Below the pieces are notes generated by a model. That model saw only the letters and a list, made by a program, of their open reading frames with translations, was not told the origin of the DNA and did not search any database. A program made the position numbers and the translations under genes. Shown piece by piece: positions 29,053 to 36,056 of a stretch of DNA of 64,000 nucleotides (position 1 is its first letter; each line of letters begins with the position of its first letter). Origin of the DNA: Chloroflexi bacterium UBA5189 (lineage in GTDB: Bacteria > Chloroflexota > Limnocylindria > Limnocylindrales > CSP1-4). The stretch lies in NCBI GenBank assembly GCA_002413045.1, contig DHWF01000026.1, forward strand, positions 91,354 through 155,353, given 5' to 3'.

Positions 29053-29124
29053 CCGGCGGTCGCCAACCACCGCCGGCCACCAACCCAACGAGGGAGACGC
29101 CCACCGATCCAGGTGGGCGTCTCC
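29053..29124 (+). terminator. two tandem GC-rich hairpins in the glsB-SRPBCC intergenic region
   Basis: 29053-29076 is CCGGCGGT-N8-ACCGCCGG. 29093-29124 is a perfect 13-bp stem (GGAGACGCCCACC / GGTGGGCGTCTCC) with a 6-nt loop, ending 8 nt before the SD AAGGAGG. Confidence 0.4.
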
Positions 29125-29141
29125 GATTCAAGGAGGCATCC

Positions 29142-29624
29142 ATGTCCCGCATGACTGAGGCAATCGAGGTGGACGTCCCGGTTCGGGTCGCCTACGACCA
29201 GTGGACGCAGTTCGAGTCGTTCCCGAAGTTCATGGACGGCGTCGACAAGGTCGAGCAGGTCGATGACAAGCGGCTCGAATGGACCGCGACCATTGCCGGG
29301 AAGACCAAGCACTGGCGGGCCGAGATCGTCGAACAGCGCCCCGACGCGCTCGTCTCGTGGCGCAGCACCGACGGGGCGCGGAATGACGGCGAGGTGCGGT
29401 TCGAACCGGTCACCGCCGACCGGACGCGCATCGTGCTCGAGCTGGACGTGGATCCGGACGGGCTCATCGAGACGGCGGGTGATGCGCTGGGCATGGTCGA
29501 GCGCCAGGTGCGCGGCGACCTCGAGCGCTTCCGGGAATTCATCGAGCTGCGTCGGCGGCCGACCGGCGCCTGGCGCGGCCGCGTCGATGGGGGCCGCGTC
29601 GAGCGAAGCAGTATCGAGAGCTGA
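29142..29624 (+). CDS. SRPBCC (polyketide cyclase/dehydrase-like, START fold) family protein
   Basis: AAGGAGG lies 7 nt upstream of the ATG. Sequence features match cyclase/dehydrase family proteins. Confidence 0.75.
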   Translation: MSRMTEAIEVDVPVRVAYDQWTQFESFPKFMDGVDKVEQVDDKRLEWTATIAGKTKHWRAEIVEQRPDALVSWRSTDGARNDGEVRFEPVTADRTRIVLELDVDPDGLIETAGDALGMVERQVRGDLERFREFIELRRRPTGAWRGRVDGGRVERSSIES

Positions 29625-29796
29625 CCAAGGCCGCACCAGCTCGACTCGCCAGCTGCAACGCCGCTGCAATGGCGGGGCGAGTCGCGGTGGCGGGCCCGCG
29701 ACGGTGCTCGTCGCACGATCGAGCCTGACGCGGCGATCCCTCATCGCCCGTTCCCTCCGGGAACTGGTCCCCCGGGATCGGCTCCCAACCCTCCTC

Positions 29797-29822
29797 CGAC
29801 CGTCCGGCTTGCCGGACGGTCG
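29797..29822. terminator. perfect 11-12 bp hairpin (CGACCGTCCGGC / GCCGGACGGTCG) between convergent genes
   Basis: Seen in sequence. There is no U-tract on either side, so it may be a regulatory or processing structure. Confidence 0.3.
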
Positions 29823-29852
29823 TGCCCGCGTATCGGCGGCCGCGGCCGCCTG

Positions 29853-29908
29853 GGTCAGGCGCGGGCCCTGATGGCCGCCTCGGTCAGGCGCGGACCTTGC
29901 TGGCCGCC
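29853..29908. repeat. tandem imperfect 27-bp direct repeat with 29-bp period (GGTCAGGCGCGGRCCYTGMTGGCCGCC x2)
   Basis: 24 of 27 positions are identical. The second copy contains the stop codon of the 29884..30240 gene. Confidence 0.5.
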
Positions 29909-30240
29909 GCTTGGCGGTCGGCGAGGACGAGTCCCATCGCCGCCAGCGGCGCCAGCGCCAGAGCGATCAGCAGGCGCGGGGCACCGCCGATGAGCAGGCC
30001 GATCGCCAGCCCGAGCGACAGCGCCACCCCGGTCGAGATCCGCGCATCCGAGCCGGCCTCGATGGTCGAGAACAGGTTGCCGACCGCGGCGCGTGACGTC
30101 CGAGCAACGTCGGGCATCGAGCGGCCGACGCCCTCCAGGGCGCTCCGGACCTCGTGGACCGCGCCCTCCATGGGGCTGGCCCCGCCGTTCGCGTGGGTGC
30201 CGTTCTTCGTGGTCGTGGTGGTTGTCGCCGTCGTGGTCAT
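29884..30240 (-). CDS. membrane-anchored stress protein, tentatively ElaB/YqjD (DUF883)-like
   Basis: ATG at 30240 is preceded by GGAGGA. It has a Thr-rich N-terminus and a C-terminal TM anchor (GVALSLGLAIGLLIGG...LAPLAAMGLVLA). Confidence 0.5.
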   Translation of the reverse strand: MTTTATTTTTTKNGTHANGGASPMEGAVHEVRSALEGVGRSMPDVARTSRAAVGNLFSTIEAGSDARISTGVALSLGLAIGLLIGGAPRLLIALALAPLAAMGLVLADRQAAASKVRA

Positions 30241-30286
30241 GGTCGAGTTCCTCCGTGTTGTGCGGCGTGTTCGCCGCTGCGATCGG

Positions 30287-30294
30287 GTTGCAAC
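30287..30294. promoter_or_regulatory. GTTGCAAC palindrome in the divergent region between 30240 (minus) and 30387 (plus)
   Basis: The same 8-mer as at 28656. The expected count of this 8-mer in the window is about 0.5. Confidence 0.3.
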
Positions 30295-30386
30295 TCCCAG
30301 GGGATATCTAGGTGACTGTCGAGAAGGCGCCGATGCGTAAGGTCGAGTCGAGCGCGGCGCCTGCCGTGCACACCGGAGGATCCGAC

Positions 30387-30620
30387 ATGAACGACATCAA
30401 GCGCGCTGCTCGCGATACCGAGGCCGACGTCAAGGAGACGTGGCGCAAGGCCGATGGCAACGAGTCGCTGGGCGACAAGGCCGCCGACGTCGGCGATCGC
30501 GCAACGAACGTGGTCAAGGACGCCGCCGACAACGTTCACGAGGGTGCCGACAAGCTGTCGCGGGAGGTCGCGTACGAGGAAGGCCGCGCCGACGAGGCGG
30601 CAATTCGCACGCCGCGCTGA
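30387..30620 (+). CDS. small Lys/Asp/Ala-rich general-stress protein, CsbD-like (77 aa)
   Basis: GGAGGA lies 7 nt upstream of the ATG. The low-complexity KxAxD repeat composition is typical of CsbD/LEA-like proteins. Confidence 0.5.
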   Translation: MNDIKRAARDTEADVKETWRKADGNESLGDKAADVGDRATNVVKDAADNVHEGADKLSREVAYEEGRADEAAIRTPR

Positions 30621-31219
30621 CCCACATCGGCGTGGGTGATGCCGGCCGCCGCGGGCGATCCGCCCGTGGCGGCCGCCTGCTGTCCGACCCAGAACGCCGT
30701 GGCGCCCGCCCACGCGGGGCCGCCCGCCGCACTGGTCACCCCGGCCGGCTCGGCGACGACCGTCGGCTCCCTGCGCGCCTCCTCGCCGCAATGCGGGCAG
30801 ATCTCGAAGGTGGGGTCGGACCAGGCGCTGCATGCGGCACAGGGCACCGCGAGCCAGCTCGTGCACGCGGGGCAGCGCTTCCAGCTCGGCTGGATGTGCC
30901 TGGAGCAGGCCGGACACGTTGGTCCGACGCCGGATTCCACCAGTGCCACGGCGATGCGCTGTGACCGCTCGTCGGCGGCGCTCACGCCGGGTCGGGCGAC
31001 CCGGTAGACCGCCAGCGCGAGGGGCAGCATGAGTGGCGTCGACAGGACGATCCAGGCTGCGGCGCCAAAGGCCGCGAAGGACGACTCGGTTCGCCTCGAG
31101 GCGTCGAGGTACGTCCACCACGCGGCGGCGAGCCAGAGCGCGACCGCGCCGATGCCGAGCGCGAGCAAGGTCGTGTCGACGATCGGGTTCGCGAGAATCT
31201 GGGCAGGGAGGTCGGGCAC
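30536..31219 (-). CDS. membrane protein with double zinc-ribbon domain
   Basis: There are two N-terminal TM helices and then four CxxC pairs (CPACSRH...CPACTSW...CAACSAW...CPHCGEE). The low-complexity C-terminal tail overlaps the convergent CsbD-like gene by 85 nt, so the true 3' end is uncertain. GTG start. Confidence 0.45.
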   Translation of the reverse strand: MPDLPAQILANPIVDTTLLALGIGAVALWLAAAWWTYLDASRRTESSFAAFGAAAWIVLSTPLMLPLALAVYRVARPGVSAADERSQRIAVALVESGVGPTCPACSRHIQPSWKRCPACTSWLAVPCAACSAWSDPTFEICPHCGEEARREPTVVAEPAGVTSAAGGPAWAGATAFWVGQQAAATGGSPAAAGITHADVGQRGVRIAASSARPSSYATSRDSLSAPS

Positions 31220-31294
31220 GGTGACATCAGTGTGTGGACCGGCCCTCGCTCCCTACACTGCGGCGCGGGGCTGCGGCTTGCAGATCCGTGACGC

Positions 31295-32371
31295 TCATGC
31301 CGCCGGTCGCGTCCTCCCGGCCTGCCTGGCCTGAAGGAATCGGAGGAGCTCGAGCTCGTCGCGGCGCGTCGGCGGTCCGTCGTCTGCAGCTCGATCCGGG
31401 CCGCCGTGCCGGCCATCGGCGGACGCTGTCAGCCCGTAGGCCTCGATGACCGCCGGGTGGACGTAGCTGCTCCGGGTCACGGCAGCGCTGTCGCCGATCG
31501 CGTCGGCGGTGAGCGCGATGGCCGCCTTGAGCGCACTGCCCGCCCGCGTGCCAGCTTCGCCGGGCGAGCCCGCCTGCACGGCCCGGTAGGCAAGGAGCGT
31601 CGCCGCCCAGGTCCGGAAATCCTTGGCGCTGAACTCATCCGTCCCGGCGGCCTCGCGAAGGTAGTCGTTCACATCCTCGGAGGCGACCGCGTGCGCCTCG
31701 CCCGTGGCGTCCACGTACTGGAACAGCAGCTGTCCGGGCAGCTCCTGGCAGCGCGCGACGATCCGGGCGAGTGTCCGGTCGACGAGCGCCCGCTCCTCGA
31801 AGCGGCCGCCCTTGCCGTGAAACCGGAACCGGATCGTCTCCCCGGAGACGCGCGCGTGGCGGTTCCGCAGCGTCGACAGGCCGAACGATCGGTTCAGGCG
31901 CGCGTACTCCGCGTTGCCCACGCGAAACCGTGTCGCCTCGAGCAGGCTGATCACCGTTGCGATCACCTTCTCGCGCGGCAGGCCGTGCCGGCGAAGGTCG
32001 CCCCGCACCCGGCGCCGAATGCGGGGCAGCGCTCGACCGAACCGGATCAGCCGTTCGAACTTGCCGCGGTCGCGGCGGGCTCGGAAACGGGCGTGATAGC
32101 GGTACTGACGACGCCCCCGAGCGTCGCGGCCGGTCGCCTGGAGGTGGCCCCCGGGATCGGGGCAGATCCAGACGTCGGTCCAGGCCGGCGGGATCGCGAG
32201 CGCGTTCATCCGTGCCAGCTCGTCCTTCGAGCCGATGTGCCGGCCCTTGTCATCGAGATAGGCGAAGCCACGACCATGTCGCCGCCGCGAGTACCCGGGT
32301 TCGTCCGACCGCACGTAGCGCAGGCCGACGGCGCGCGCATCACGACCGCCCGCGCGGTGATCCGGTTGCAT
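31295..32371 (-). CDS. DNA topoisomerase IB (poxvirus-type, bacterial TopIB)
   Basis: Similarity to bacterial TopIB runs over 358 aa (LRYVRSDEPGYSRRRHGRGFAYLD ... KDFRTWAATLLA ... SSYVHPAV, with the catalytic Tyr region). The rest of the 1110 aa ORF-track entry is antisense shadow over neighbouring genes. Confidence 0.8.
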   Translation of the reverse strand: MQPDHRAGGRDARAVGLRYVRSDEPGYSRRRHGRGFAYLDDKGRHIGSKDELARMNALAIPPAWTDVWICPDPGGHLQATGRDARGRRQYRYHARFRARRDRGKFERLIRFGRALPRIRRRVRGDLRRHGLPREKVIATVISLLEATRFRVGNAEYARLNRSFGLSTLRNRHARVSGETIRFRFHGKGGRFEERALVDRTLARIVARCQELPGQLLFQYVDATGEAHAVASEDVNDYLREAAGTDEFSAKDFRTWAATLLAYRAVQAGSPGEAGTRAGSALKAAIALTADAIGDSAAVTRSSYVHPAVIEAYGLTASADGRHGGPDRAADDGPPTRRDELELLRFLQARQAGRTRPAA

Positions 32372-32388
32372 CGCCTGAGCCGGTTGCG

Positions 32389-33573
32389 TCAGGCCCGGGT
32401 GCCGCCGCCCGATACCGGGACCGGCTCGCGCAGCGTCCGGACGCCGGCAGACGGCGCGGCGTCCGGGCCTGCGGCAGCCGGCGCCGGCTGCGTCATTCGC
32501 GCATAGAGCGCCTCGTATCGATCGGCCATCCGGGCCGCCGAGAAGCGATCCAGGACGCTCGCCCTGATCTCGCCGCGATCGAGCCCGGGGAGCCGATCGG
32601 CGAAGAACGCCAGCGCGGTAACGTCGTCGCCGAAGAAGCCGTCGACGCCCTCCCGGATGATCTCCGGCAGCGCGCCGACGCGTCGCGCCAGGACCGGCGT
32701 TCCGCAGGCGAGCGATTCGATGCTGACGAGACCGAACGGCTCCGGCCAGGCGCCCGGCATGATCGTCGCATAGCTCTCGGCGAAAAGCCGGTCGCGCTCC
32801 TCGCGGTTGAGCTCGCCGAGGTACTCGACCGTATTCCCCGCCCGCCGCAGCGCCGGTTGGAAGACGTCGTCGAAGTACGCCCGGTGGCGGGCAAGGTTGC
32901 CGACCTTCGCGGCGATCCGCAGGTTCCTGCCCACGCGCTGGGCGACCTCGATCGCCTCGACGACGCCCTTCTCCGGGTCGACCCGACCGACGAAGCAGAA
33001 CGCCTCGCCGGGCTTCTCGACGAACGGCGTCCGATCGAAGCTCAGCCCGTTGTGGATGATCGTCCAGGGCACGTCCGGATGGGTGCTCGCCTGGCTCCGG
33101 CTGATCGCGACCATGCCGTCGGGCGGGTCGACGAACTGCTGGGCGGCCCAGGGCAGGTCGAGGCGCCCGTGGAACGTCGAGACGACGGGCACGCTCGACG
33201 TGCGGGCGAGGGGCAGCGACCAGCGCTCGAGGTGCGAGTGGATGACGTCGAACTCGGCGGCGTGCTCGCCGACGATCTGCATCGTCGTCGCGAACCAGCC
33301 GGCGGCATCGCTCTCGATGCCCGCCGGCCGGAGTGCCGTCTCGACGGTCGGGATGAGCCGGCACGGAACCTCCGAGTCGCCGCTGGCGAACACCGTCACG
33401 TCGTGGCCGCGCCGTACGAGCTCGGCGGTCAGCTCGTACACGATCTGCTCGGTCCCGCCGTACCCGAGCGGCGGCACCCGCTCGACCGGCGGGGCAACCT
33501 GCGCGATGCGCAGGCGGGGTGTCGGCGAGCCTGGGGAACGGTCGCTGCGCGGTCGCGCCGTCTGGTCGGTCAA
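32389..33573 (-). CDS. GT4 family glycosyltransferase
   Basis: An N-terminal GT4 domain (LRIAQVAPP...GGTEQIV) and C-terminal Glycos_transf_1 motifs (EPFGLVSIESLACGTPVLA) are present. Confidence 0.8.
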   Translation of the reverse strand: MTDQTARPRSDRSPGSPTPRLRIAQVAPPVERVPPLGYGGTEQIVYELTAELVRRGHDVTVFASGDSEVPCRLIPTVETALRPAGIESDAAGWFATTMQIVGEHAAEFDVIHSHLERWSLPLARTSSVPVVSTFHGRLDLPWAAQQFVDPPDGMVAISRSQASTHPDVPWTIIHNGLSFDRTPFVEKPGEAFCFVGRVDPEKGVVEAIEVAQRVGRNLRIAAKVGNLARHRAYFDDVFQPALRRAGNTVEYLGELNREERDRLFAESYATIMPGAWPEPFGLVSIESLACGTPVLARRVGALPEIIREGVDGFFGDDVTALAFFADRLPGLDRGEIRASVLDRFSAARMADRYEALYARMTQPAPAAAGPDAAPSAGVRTLREPVPVSGGGTRA

Positions 33574-33694
33574 CGGGTCCCTCCTGGGGGTCTCGGGCCC
33601 GTTTTCGATGGGTCCGCTGGTGTTGCTGTGGGCGATCGTAGTCCTCGATTGGTGGCCGCCCGGCTAACCGCGGCTCGCAGGCGCCTCGCACGCG

Positions 33695-33728
33695 CATTAC
33701 GGCCGCGCGCTGTAATGGTTCTGTAACG
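33695..33728 (+). promoter_or_regulatory. candidate response-regulator operator: CATTAC-N11-GTAATG palindrome overlapping direct repeats CTGTAA-N5-CTGTAA
   Basis: The direct hexamers have 11-bp phasing, typical of OmpR/PhoB-family sites. The element lies about 90 nt upstream of the KdpE-like gene, in the divergent region shared with GT4. Confidence 0.35.
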
Positions 33729-33814
33729 CGCCTGCAAGGTCCCGGCCCCACGGGCGGCACGCACCGGAGGCGAGGATCGCCACGAGAGATCGGGCCCAGA
33801 GAAGGAGCCACGTC

Positions 33815-34570
33815 ATGTCGACCCAACCACTCGTGCTCGTCGCCGACGACGAGCCGCGCATCACCAAGCTCGTCCAGATTGCCCTGTCCGAAGAGGGCTT
33901 CCGCGTCGTCACCGCCAACAGCGGCGAGCAGGCGCTCCAGAAGGCGGAGGAGGTCCGCCCGGACATCGTCCTGCTCGACATCGTCATGCCGGACCTCGAC
34001 GGGATCGAGGTCATGCGCCAGCTGCGCGAGCGCCGGCCGGTGCCGGTGATCCTGCTGACCGCGAAGGGCTCGACCGCCGACAAGGCAAAGGGCCTCGATC
34101 TCGGCGCCGACGACTACATCGCCAAGCCGTTCCACCCGGACGAGCTCGCGGCGCGCGTTCGTGCCGTGATTCGCCGTTCGGGCGGCGCCGAGCCGGGCGC
34201 CGGGGTCATCAAGTTCGACGACATCGAGATCGACCTCGAGCGCCGGATGGTGACTCGCGGTGGCGAGCTCGTCCAGCTGTCGCGGACCGAGTGGCTGCTC
34301 CTGCAGCACCTCGCCGCGAACGCCGGCAAGGTCGTCCTGCACACGGAGATGCTGACCAAGGTCTGGGGCCCGGAATACCGCGACGACCTCCAGTACCTGC
34401 GGGTCTGGGTCAGCCGGGTTCGCCGCAAGCTTGGCGCGGCGCCCGGCGAGCCGGGCCGGATCCGGACGTTCCAGGGCATCGGCTACCTGCTCGATGTCGA
34501 GGGCGCCACGACGAAGCCCGCACCCGGCGACGAGGTTCCCGAGCGCGAGTCGCCCGCCCTCATCGGCTAG
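33815..34570 (+). CDS. OmpR-family DNA-binding response regulator, KdpE-like (orphan)
   Basis: The receiver domain (LVADDEPRITKLV...D at LLDIVMPDLDG) and winged helix (LTKVWGPEYRDDLQYLRVWVSRVRRKL...GIGY) closely parallel KdpE. AAGGAG precedes the ATG. No kinase or kdpFABC is nearby. Confidence 0.85.
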   Translation: MSTQPLVLVADDEPRITKLVQIALSEEGFRVVTANSGEQALQKAEEVRPDIVLLDIVMPDLDGIEVMRQLRERRPVPVILLTAKGSTADKAKGLDLGADDYIAKPFHPDELAARVRAVIRRSGGAEPGAGVIKFDDIEIDLERRMVTRGGELVQLSRTEWLLLQHLAANAGKVVLHTEMLTKVWGPEYRDDLQYLRVWVSRVRRKLGAAPGEPGRIRTFQGIGYLLDVEGATTKPAPGDEVPERESPALIG

Positions 34571-34584
34571 AGCTGGTCGCCGAC

Positions 34585-35340
34585 TTAGCCTTCGGCAGGT
34601 CCGTCGCGCGCCGGCTCTCCGATCCATACGTGACCGTCCGAGAATCGCTCGGCCTTCCAGATCGGGGCGCGGGCCTTGGTCTCGTCGATGGCGTACTTCG
34701 CCGCTTCGAAGGCGGCGTCGCGATGCGGCGCGCAGGCGACGATGGCAACCGACGCTTCGCCGAGCGGGACCTCGCCCTCCCGATGGACGATCGCGAGCCG
34801 GGTCACGCGGAAGCGCGCCTCGATCTCGTCCGCGATGGTCGCCATGACCTTGAGCGCCATCTCCGGGAGCGCCTCGTACTCGAGCGCCTCCACGCGCCGG
34901 CCGGCGTGCCGCGCTGCTTCGGTCTCCTGGCCGGGCGCCGGCGTGCCCGCTGATCGGCGGGTCACGCCGAGGAAGCCCACGACCGCGCCGTCGTCCGGGG
35001 ACGCGAGCCGGCCGCCGAGCTCAGCGAGAATCTCGCTCCCGAGCGGCGCCGAGCGGATCTCGAGGATGCGCACGCGGCCGACGGCATCGTCGGTCGAGCC
35101 GCCGCTGACCGGCGGGATCATGGCGACCTCGTCCCCGTCCGCCAGCGCGGTTTCCGCGGGCGCGTAGTCGCCGTTGCGGGCGAACCGAACCGCAGGCCGG
35201 CCCGGCGCCAGGACCGGGAACCGCTCGACAATGGCGTCCCACGCGCCCTCGATCGTGGCGCCCGGCGCAAGCTCCAGCTCGACCTGGCGGGTGCCGGCCA
35301 GCTCGCGCTGCATCGCGAACAGCCGGACACGGACGCGCAC
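34585..35340 (-). CDS. MoaD-MoaE fusion molybdopterin synthase (MoaX-like)
   Basis: The N-terminal MoaD/ThiS fold ends in an internal Gly-Gly (MIPPVSGG). The MoaE domain follows (AVVGFLGVTR...LEYEA...ASVAIVACAPHR). The start is uncertain (GTG 35340/35346 or ATG 35313). Confidence 0.7.
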   Translation of the reverse strand: MRVRVRLFAMQRELAGTRQVELELAPGATIEGAWDAIVERFPVLAPGRPAVRFARNGDYAPAETALADGDEVAMIPPVSGGSTDDAVGRVRILEIRSAPLGSEILAELGGRLASPDDGAVVGFLGVTRRSAGTPAPGQETEAARHAGRRVEALEYEALPEMALKVMATIADEIEARFRVTRLAIVHREGEVPLGEASVAIVACAPHRDAAFEAAKYAIDETKARAPIWKAERFSDGHVWIGEPARDGPAEG

Positions 35341-35359
35341 GCTCACGGCAACGTGCCGG

Positions 35360-36025
35360 TCACGGACGCAGCGTCGCCACGAGAAGGCCGTCGCCGATCG
35401 GCAGGATCGTCGCTTCGAACGCGGGATCGGCCGAGACCCGGGCGCAGAACTCGCGAAGCGCCTCGGTCCCGTCGCCGGGTCGAGCCGGGCGCGAGCCCGA
35501 GGTCCGGCCGCTCCACAGCACGTTGTCCGCGACGACCACCGCGCCGGGCGCGAGCCGATCCATGAGCGCGGTGAGGTACGCCAGGTACTCGTCCTTGAGT
35601 GCGTCGATGAAGACGAGGTCGAAAGGGCCGGCGAGCGCCGCCGTCTCGCCCGCGAACGCCTCGAGGGCGGGCGCGTTGACGACCGTGATCCGCTCATCGG
35701 GCAACCCCGCGCGGCGCCAGAACCCGCGGGCCCGATCGGTCCGCTCGCGGTCCGGGTCGATCGTCGTGATCGTGCCGCCGACTGGCAGGGCGAGGGCCAT
35801 CCAGAGCGTCGAGTAGCCGATCGCCGTACCGACCTCGACGACCCGTCGGCGATCGGCGGCGAGCACGGCGAGCAGGCGGCCGCTGTCCCGGCTGAGGATC
35901 GGGATCCGCTCCGGCTCGGCGGCGACCTCCATCTCGACGAGGATCGGGTGCGGCGGGCGCCCGGTGGACTCGATCCAATCGAGGTCGGTCGAGTCCGGAG
36001 ACCACGTTCGGTCAGACTTTGCCAT
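35360..36025 (-). CDS. class I SAM-dependent O-methyltransferase (family 3, caffeoyl-CoA OMT-like)
   Basis: VVEVGTAIGYSTLWMA and DLVFIDALKDEY motifs are present. GGAGGA precedes the ATG. Confidence 0.8.
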   Translation of the reverse strand: MAKSDRTWSPDSTDLDWIESTGRPPHPILVEMEVAAEPERIPILSRDSGRLLAVLAADRRRVVEVGTAIGYSTLWMALALPVGGTITTIDPDRERTDRARGFWRRAGLPDERITVVNAPALEAFAGETAALAGPFDLVFIDALKDEYLAYLTALMDRLAPGAVVVADNVLWSGRTSGSRPARPGDGTEALREFCARVSADPAFEATILPIGDGLLVATLRP

Positions 36026-36056
36026 GTCGATTCCTCCGGTCAGGGGTGGTGCGAGT

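Noticed and set aside
32372-34627. N-terminal 750 codons of the 1110-aa ORF-track entry 31295..34627
   Set aside because: Only the C-terminal 358 aa match TopIB. The remainder is Arg/Gly/Ala-rich and lies antisense to or overlaps the well-supported GT4 and response-regulator genes.
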